Shown here: piece after piece, positions 53,885-61,097 of the stretch | Numbering within the stretch: the first letter of the stretch is position 1 | Layout of the letters: each line of letters begins with the position of its first letter | Assembly (NCBI GenBank): GCA_904063045.1 | Contig: CAJFCJ010000070.1 | Span: forward strand, 200,785-264,784 | Origin: Dimorphilus gyrociliatus | Lineage: Eukaryota > Animalia > Annelida | DNA length: 64,000 nt | Direction: 5' to 3' | Notes under the pieces: model-generated | Told to the model about the DNA's origin: nothing | What the model saw: only the letters and a program-made list of their open reading frames with translations | The model's database searches: none | Program-made: the position numbers and the translations under genes

Positions 53885-54076
53885 CTACATTTTTCTTTGT
53901 TTCTTTGAAGGTACTACTTCAAATTCATCACCTGATCTTTTGATTAGGAGTCTTTGTTGTATTCCAATATTGCTATTCTCTTTTGGAGTGCTTTCATATT
54001 GATACTCACCATCTTCCATATCATCATAGTTGTCATCATCTTCTTCCTCCTCAGTCTGTTCCTTGGTAGGGACCAT
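53885..54076 (-). CDS. Possible small acidic ORF with bipartite NLS in the PLE1 3' region
   Basis: 63 aa, EEEEDDDNYDD tract, KR-x10-KKQRK, good start context (AAGAAATGG). Confidence 0.35.
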   Translation of the reverse strand: MVPTKEQTEEEEDDDNYDDMEDGEYQYESTPKENSNIGIQQRLLIKRSGDEFEVVPSKKQRKM

Positions 54077-54104
54077 TTCTTTGTCTGACTAAGTTGTAAG
54101 AACT

Positions 54105-54330
54105 GTTGAAGCTCACTTGAGCTCTTGGAGCTCTATTGAGTTCTTGGAGCTCTACTGAGCTCTTAGAGCTCTTGGAGCTCTACTGAGTTCTTGGAGCTCT
54201 ACTGAGCTCTTCAAGGTCTCCTGTGGTATTGGAGCTCAACTGAGCTACTGTAGCTCCTTGGAGCTCTTGGACCTTATTGTAGCTAACTGTAGCTTTTGGA
54301 GTTCATTGTAGCTTGTAGAGCTTGTTGTAG
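54105..54330. repeat. Short tandem repeats built on the palindrome GAGCTC
   Basis: GAGCTCTTG / GAGCTCTACT units downstream of the RT stop. Confidence 0.85.
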
Positions 54331-54343
54331 CTGCTGAAATTCA

Positions 54344-56697
54344 TTACAGTTCTTGGAGTTCACTTTGGCTTTTCTGGAGTAGAATTTTTTCTATGTGTTT
54401 TTCCATCATCTCATCAACCTTCTTATTGATAAGCCAGTGTCTGGTAGTAGTTGGGATCCTAAAGGCAGTTATTGACTTATACATTTGGAAGTGAGAGCTG
54501 TTAGGGGCTAGCTGGTGGATTGTTCTCTTGACTTTCTCAGCTATTAGTTGGGCTCCATTGTGTTGTGGTATGAGGAGTGGTACCATTTCCTTGGTGGTAA
54601 AACCTTCATGTTTATTAAGACCATGTGGGAACAGTGTATCCAAATGGTTGATGATTTCAGTTTCTTTTCTCATTAACCAAACTATTACTGAGCTCTCTGT
54701 GAGTTCCTTAGGAGCTACAGCAGCTATGTAGATCTTGAACTTCTTGATATCATGTGTTGCCATATGGTTATATAGTGGTCTATCTATCTTGTTTTTGAAG
54801 CCCAAATTATGGGTACCCCATCTACACTTGATAGTATCTGTAGTCATACCCACATATGCTAACCCACACATAGAGCATTGTAGGATATAGACACAACCAT
54901 TGGTGTTACAGTTAATGCTTTGGGTTAAGCTCCAAGAGTTGACCTGGTATAGGTCAAATACCTCATCTCTGGAGTCCAGTCTGAGGCAAGTATCACATCT
55001 AGTGTTACAACATTTATTGACTTTATACCTCAGTGCCTTTTTTTCTTCAGCTCTGGTGTTGAATTTTTTGATGGTGTCCCTCCCCATTCTCCAGGTGTAG
55101 CCATTGACTTTATTGATTCTAATGAGATCTTTGAACTGTGAGATAGCCATTTTGGGATCTTTGCAGTTTCTCATATATCTAGTTAGCTGGCTCATTAGGA
55201 TACCTCTGAATGTGTGTGGTGGATGATTGGATTTGGTGTGTAGCAGTATTCTGGAGTCAGTAGCCTTAAAATGGGTTTCCCAGGAAAGAGAGTTCCCTAG
55301 TATATGTAGGTCCAAGTCCAGAAAAGTACTTGATTTAGGGTTCTGGGACCAAGTGAGCTTGATATCTGGATTTCTGTTGTTTAGTCTTGTCTTGAACTCC
55401 ATGATGTCCCTGTCTGGTTTAGTGACCAAAATGATATCATCAATGTACCTGCCATAGTACTCAATGTCCTCTGTAAAATCTGTGACCAATTCATGTTCCC
55501 AGGTGTGTAACACTATGTTTGCATATGCAGGACTAAATGGAGCTCCCATAGCTGTGCCCTTTATTTGCAGGAACCTGTGGTTCCCAAAGGTGAAATCATT
55601 GTTGTTGAGACAAATCCAAAGGAGTTCCAAGATTAGTTCATCAGGTCTACCTTCATGGTAGTGGGTTAACATGAACTCTTTAACAGCTTTTATGCCCCAT
55701 TGAGGGTTAATGCTTGGGTATAGAGCTTCTACATCTGCTGTGAAGATCCCTCTGTTTTGCCAATTATGTATCATAGATAGTTTGCCAATGCAATGTTGGG
55801 TGTTTTTAACATAGCTAGTGGTACTTTTTGCCATTTTGACCAGATAGTGATCAACAAATTTAGATATTTTATATAGATCAGAGCCTACATAGCTCACCAC
55901 TGGTCTCCCCTTGGGGATCCTATATGGTACTCTCCATTGGGAGCTGTGTTTATGAATTTTAGGTAGGAGGTAAAACTTTCTATCTCCTGGGCTATTCTGT
56001 GGAGCCATCAGAGTTGCTGTAGATTTGGTAATAATTTTCATTGTAACCAATTCATTAAGGATTTCATTTAACCGGGTCCATTGGGTAGAGCTTATTTTAT
56101 TGCTGACCTGTTTGTAGGTTGTTCTGTCACAGAGCTGTGTCATGGCTTCAAAGACATAGTCCTCTTTGTCCATTAAGACAATCCTTCTTCCTTTATCAGC
56201 TGGTTTAATGATAATGTTAGGATGATTGTTGAGGAAGTTTTTCATTAGGCCTTGATTTTCAAAACCCTTCTGGGCTCTATTAATTTTTTCAGAGCCCTTT
56301 ATAATGTCATATATCCTGTCTGTGATATGGTTAATTTCTGGAATATGACTAGAGGGCATGTAATTTAACTCCCTCATTAGTTCAGGTAGAGATGGTGCTT
56401 GTATGTCAAGAAGTTTTTTCTTTAGTGGATTATTTCGAAATCTTGGTGTACCATTTTTCTCAATGATCTTTAGCCATTTTAATGTATAATCCAAGATCCC
56501 TGTGAAGTGCAAGTTTATAAATTTATTTGGGGCCCAAGTCCAGGCAAAGCCCAGACCTTGTGCCATAGTGTTCAGGCAAGAACTCTTGATGTTAGAGTTC
56601 CTACATAGGTTAAAAACCATACTTGGTTCTGTTTTATTGATAAAAACATGTTTAAAAACATTATAATTGTTATGCTGTTGTGCTTGAAGAGTTAGGA
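54344..56697 (-). CDS. PLE1 RT - GIY-YIG endonuclease (frame open 26 codons upstream of the ATG at 56620)
   Basis: VFNL..QGLGF, IKPADKG, FYLLPKIHK, GRPVVS, DVEALYPSI, GTAMG, YIDDI. Linker CCNTRCDTC. VYILQCSMCGLAYVGMT..R..H..H..E..GLN. Confidence 0.95.
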
Positions 56698-57474
56698 GTT
56701 TCCCTGGTCCATAGTCTCCTCATCAGCACTCATTTTCTCTGTAATTCCTTTAAATAAGACAGTCATGATTGCCAATTCCTTTCTTAGTTCTGAGATTTCA
56801 TCCTTAGAGTTCTTGTAAGGTTCTTTGTGTCTGGTTTTGTCTGCTGGTTTCTTGGATCTCTGTATGGTAGGGAGCTCTTTGAAATTTTCATGGAGCTCTC
56901 TATTGAAAGAGTCATCTAAGGGAGCTTTTAGATTTTTGGTAACCAAGTATACACTTTCTTTAAGTTGGGCCCAATTAATCTTTTTGCCATATTTTTGTAT
57001 CGATCTGGTTTTGGCTACTTCAATAGCTTTCTTAACCTCTGATTGATTGTAATTTTGCTGATCATTTTTTATCTTGTCCCTCATTTTAGAGAGCCTCTCA
57101 TTGAGCTCCTCCAGCACCACTCTATTTGTTTCTCTAGCACAAGTATTGGCTATTTCATGTAGTTGGTTGAGTCTTTCCCCAGTAATGGGACCTCCTGTGA
57201 TTCTAATTGAGTCCATCATATCCATGGCCTTTTTGGTCCAAGGGTTATATTCCTTAAGTCTCTCAATCTGGTGAATAGAACTGTAAGTTTTACTCATAGC
57301 TCTAGTCAGGGCTTTTTCCTTGTCACTTAGAGAACCTTTAAAACCATTTGCATCAGGTGCAGTCTGGCTCTTTGTGACTTGTACCCATCTGGGTTTGTCT
57401 GGAGCTCTGGAGTAGGGTGTCTTTCTTCCTGTTTTTTTTGTTCTTCTAGGAGCTTGGTTTTGTTTAGGGTCCAT
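56692..57474 (-). CDS. PLE1 ORF1, basic and coiled-coil-like
   Basis: 260 aa, strong start context GCAATGG, helical charged heptads (LEELNERLSKMRDKI; KDEISELRKEL). Confidence 0.85.
   Translation of the reverse strand: MDPKQNQAPRRTKKTGRKTPYSRAPDKPRWVQVTKSQTAPDANGFKGSLSDKEKALTRAMSKTYSSIHQIERLKEYNPWTKKAMDMMDSIRITGGPITGERLNQLHEIANTCARETNRVVLEELNERLSKMRDKIKNDQQNYNQSEVKKAIEVAKTRSIQKYGKKINWAQLKESVYLVTKNLKAPLDDSFNRELHENFKELPTIQRSKKPADKTRHKEPYKNSKDEISELRKELAIMTVLFKGITEKMSADEETMDQGNS
56698..56704 (-). promoter_or_regulatory. -1 ribosomal frameshift slippery heptamer G GGA AAC
   Basis: In the ORF1 frame (CAG GGA AAC TCC TAA). The -1 frame is open from here into the RT ORF. Confidence 0.75.
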
Positions 57475-57478
57475 TGCC

Positions 57479-57609
57479 AGGGTTAGGGTTAGGGTTAGGG
57501 TTAGGGTTAGGTTAGGGTTAGGTTAGGGTTAGGGTTAGGTTAGGGTTAGGGTTAGGTTAGGGTTAGGTTAGGGTTAGGGTTAGGGTTTAGGGTTAGGTTA
57601 GGGTTAGGG
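57479..57609 (+). repeat. Second mixed TTAGGG/TTAGG tract between PLE1 and PLE2
   Basis: Directly visible. Confidence 0.98.
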
Positions 57610-57856
57610 TTTTATATAGGTTTGAACTAGACACTAAGGTCTCAGTTCTGATGAAAGTCAAATAACTTCCACCAAACTTTCAGAAGATCCCATAATGAAA
57701 TGGAATGCAAGAGTAAGAACTTATTGTACATTTTAAAACAAGTACTCTTCCCATCACTAATCAATTTATGTCTGTTTGTTTGTTTTTGATTTGGTTTTAA
57801 ATTGCAATAGTATGTTTAACCTAGGATATATTAATCTAGATGGTTGCCAAGTATGG

Positions 57857-57911
57857 TTGACCTACCATGGTTTCGTCTTCCCCTTTTAATGCAAAGACTC
57901 ATCAGGGTCAA
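57857..57911 (-). ncRNA. Type I hammerhead ribozyme (HHR2)
   Basis: UUGACC CUGAUGA GUCUU-14nt-AAGAC GAAA CCAUGG UA GGUCAA: complete core, palindromic stem III ACCAUGGU, GUA cleavage triplet. Confidence 0.93.
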
Positions 57912-58706
57912 TTCAGAGGATAGTATAACCTAAGAACTATCTTGAAGGGGGGGAGAGGATCAATTCTACAATTGAATCCTTCCCTGCAGTAAGTTTTTGG
58001 TTATAAGCCTAATCATAAATTGTTATATGTATGTATATGTATCATTATGTGTAGGTGTATGTGTGATTGTGTATGTATATATCAACCATTGAAGTTGATT
58101 TTTGTAATAGTTGTCAACAAGTTGAGATTTGTTTTTTGTAATTTTTTTGTAATTTTTTTAGTTTGTTTCCTATTAGGATTATGAAGATGATTTTGGTCAT
58201 ATAGATAGTTGTATTTTGATGCCTAATTTTTTATAATTTGTGAGGTTATATATGGTATTCATAAGAACTTTTGTTTTTAACAATGAATGCATGTGTGTAT
58301 GTTTGTGTGTAAATATGTTTTTTATTTGTTTTGAATGGATAAAAGTTGATGTTTTTTAATTTTTGATTGAATTTGTGATGATCAGATGTTAAGTTCAACT
58401 TGTACTGTTCCTCAAAACCCCTTGACTCTTCTTACTTGTGATTAGGTTTTATATAGGTTTGAACTAGACACTAAGGTCTCAGTTCTGATGAAAGTCAAAT
58501 AACTTCCACCAAACTTTCAGAAGATCCCATAATGAAATGGAATGCAAGAGTAAGAACTTATTGTACATTTTAAAACAAGTACTCTTCCCATCACTAATCA
58601 ATTTATGTCTGTTTGTTTTTTTTGATTTGGTTTTTTTGATTTGGTTTTAAATTGCAATAGTATGTTTAACCTAGGATATATTAATCTAGATGGTTGCCAA
58701 GTATGG

Positions 58707-58761
58707 TTGACCTACCATGGTTTCGTCTTCCCCTTTTAATGCAAAGACTCATCAGGGTCAA
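58707..58761 (-). ncRNA. Type I hammerhead ribozyme (HHR3, identical to HHR2)
   Basis: Same sequence in the second repeat copy. Confidence 0.93.
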
Positions 58762-59795
58762 TTCAGAGGATAGTATAACCTAAGAACTATCCTGAAGGGG
58801 AGGAGAGGACCAATTTTATAATTGAATCCTTCCTTGCAAGAATGTTCTTGTTGTATGGATGTTGAAATTGTATGTGTATTTGTATGTTTATATATGTATG
58901 GATGAATATCAACCATAGAAGTTGATTCTTTATAATACTTGTCAATAAGATGACTTTTGTTTTGTAATATCTAGTTGCTTACTTTTCAGTTATTGAAATT
59001 TTCTTTGGTCTGATATATAGTTATTTGCCTAATGGTTTTTTTTGTTGTCCTATTGGTATGTTTAGGTATAATGTAGGTACAATGTGTATATAATGTTTAC
59101 AAAAGATGCCAGAGTTTATAATTTTCATTTGTTCCTGTTCCTCATTGAACAATTTTTGAACTGTTAAACAGCAAGATATATAATCCAAGTTGTCTGACAG
59201 GTCTTATAGTGTTAATGAAAGAAATGAAATTGATGAAAATCAACTATAACATCTTAAAGTCACCTGGACATATATAAACAAATAGATGCATAAATGTAAA
59301 ACATTATAGTATCTTTAATTTCACAAATGAACAAACAAACATATAGCTTACTTTGTTTTTTCTTTCAGAGTTGTTTGATGTAGAAAAATGATCTTTTGTT
59401 GTATGTAGATGTTGAATCACTAAACAGAGTTTTTGTAGAGAGCAGTCCTTCTTGTTCTGAGAATTTTCTTGAAGTGATGATGTTTGATAGACCTTGTAGC
59501 TTATATAGAGGAGTGTTATGTAATTGACATATCCTAAGATATGTCAGTTTATCTTGACAAGTATCTGGTATTACATAAAAGTTTTAGTATCCCAAGCCTA
59601 GACACATTTGGTATTATATAAGAAGTGATATGTCAGCCTCTGGCATTCCAGTGTGTCACACACCTAATCAATTTTGCATTGATATAAATACATAGTTATA
59701 TTATGCTAATATTACTATTTTAAACTAGAGAAATATCAAAGTGTTTATATAAAATATACAGAGATTGAAATTTAGTTTTGATAGGTCTGTTAATT

Positions 59796-60023
59796 TCACT
59801 CATTGTGTTGTTCCTCTATAGCCTGAATATCTTGTCTGTTTAATCTTCTTCTTCCAGTTCTTCTTTGTTGTTGTTCTATCACATCTTTAGTGTTTACTAA
59901 TATCTCATTAAAAATTAAATGTTGAACAATATTTCTTAAAGGAGATATCTTGTCCTGTTGGAGTCTTCTATGAAAAGGATCTCCTCTTATAATGCCATTG
60001 ATATAAACAATATTTGTAAACAT
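59796..60023 (-). CDS. Short ORF downstream of the 276-aa ORF (possible -1 frameshift extension)
   Basis: 75 aa, ATG 5 nt after the upstream stop. Frame open from 60053. Confidence 0.4.
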   Translation of the reverse strand: MFTNIVYINGIIRGDPFHRRLQQDKISPLRNIVQHLIFNEILVNTKDVIEQQQRRTGRRRLNRQDIQAIEEQHNE

Positions 60024-60028
60024 TTTTT

Positions 60029-60859
60029 TTAACCTTTCTGGTAGAAATTTTGATTATTAAAATTATCCTGAACTTTGTATGATATAAACAGCATACATTC
60101 CTTAATATTTCCATTACTTTGATAAATAGCTGGAAAATTATCATCAATATCATTAATGGTGTCAAAAGGAATATGTAGAGCTACAATGTTAGTTTTTATC
60201 TTCCATTTTGATAAGATTTCTTTGCAATTTTCAAATGTTAATCCACAAATATTTACAATCAAAATATTTCCATGAAAATTGATATTCCTCTTAACATCTT
60301 CTATTTGAAACAAATCCAAATCACTCAAACTAGCATCTGTTAAGAGAAGCAAATTACAGTTGGTAGTAAATTTCACTGCTGGTTGTTGAATTTTCATAAG
60401 ATTTTCCATTTCCCCTTCTGTTAAATTCACTCCAATATCTGCAAAAGATGCTAGTAGTTCACCAACATTGAAATGTTTTCTTCTATTAACTTTGATTGTA
60501 TTATTAAATCTTACAAGCTGGTCAGTACCATTCAAATATCTTAATATCACTTCTCCAAGTTGTTGTTTATTTATATTATTTACTTGGTGTTGTTCAACAA
60601 GCCACATTTTTTCATCACAAAATTGTTTAAATTTCATCAGTTTGTCTACAGTATCTTTTTCAAATTTACTTGCATCAAAAATTGGAGGATGATTTCTGTC
60701 ATCTCTTCTAAATCTTTGAAGATGATTATAAAATGTTCCAAAGTTAAAAAATTGTTGAAAAGATGGTGGTAAAAAATGTTCAATATCAATTATTTGATTG
60801 ATAAGAATTGCATCATTTTCTATTCTTTCAATTTGATTTTGTGGAGTATTATTTGCCAT
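60029..60859 (-). CDS. Orphan 276-aa ORF within PLE2
   Basis: Long open frame in very AT-rich DNA, co-oriented with RT. No confident motif. Confidence 0.6.
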   Translation of the reverse strand: MANNTPQNQIERIENDAILINQIIDIEHFLPPSFQQFFNFGTFYNHLQRFRRDDRNHPPIFDASKFEKDTVDKLMKFKQFCDEKMWLVEQHQVNNINKQQLGEVILRYLNGTDQLVRFNNTIKVNRRKHFNVGELLASFADIGVNLTEGEMENLMKIQQPAVKFTTNCNLLLLTDASLSDLDLFQIEDVKRNINFHGNILIVNICGLTFENCKEILSKWKIKTNIVALHIPFDTINDIDDNFPAIYQSNGNIKECMLFISYKVQDNFNNQNFYQKG

Positions 60860-60962
60860 TATAGAAAATCTATAAAAACAAAATAATTTAGTAAAATTTA
60901 GTATATTCTACACAAAAAGAATATTATAGATATGAACTGAACAAATCTAAGAATACATAGAA

Positions 60963-60966
60963 TATC

Positions 60967-61003
<37 letters not shown>
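60963..61003. repeat. (TA)n microsatellite between the PLE2 ORFs
   Basis: Directly visible. Confidence 0.9.
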
Positions 61004-61004
<1 letters not shown>

Positions 61005-61097
61005 GTTGTACAGATATATGCAGTGAAAAGCAAATTATTATGAAGCAAACAAAACAAATATTCAAAGGAAAACAACTAATTAAAAAATATTGAAAGT

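Larger units (their letters stand above)
53428..57478 (-). mobile_element. PLE1: Penelope-like retroelement (Neptune-like Cys linker plus C-terminal GIY-YIG) flanked by telomeric repeats
   Basis: Intact ORF1 and RT-EN ORF, 3' hammerhead, telomeric tracts at both ends. Confidence 0.93.
57604..58820 (-). repeat. Tandem pLTR-like 3' repeat (near-identical ~360 bp at 57610-57970 and 58447-58820; remainder diverged)
   Basis: Direct repeat with an offset of 837-850 bp. Both copies begin on the + strand with TTAGG(G)TTTTATATAGG. Confidence 0.9.

Noticed and set aside
56698-56727. CUGAUGA...GAAAC on the minus strand at the end of ORF1, resembling a hammerhead core
   Set aside because: The intervening sequence cannot form stem II (G opposite G at the closing pair) and no stem I is present. 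It is coding sequence (ADEETMDQGN).
53134-57609. PLE1 as an ordinary insertion into an interstitial telomeric repeat with the tracts as a TSD
   Set aside because: Not fully excluded. However, PLE2 has the same polarity and a telomere-complementary anchor, and PLE1 has its own telomere-mimic tail, which favours end-primed addition.
57645-57685. CTGATGA on the plus strand in the pLTR repeat (also at ~58485)
   Set aside because: Not followed by a stem II-GAAA-stem III arrangement. It forms only an imperfect hairpin with CTTTCAGAA.
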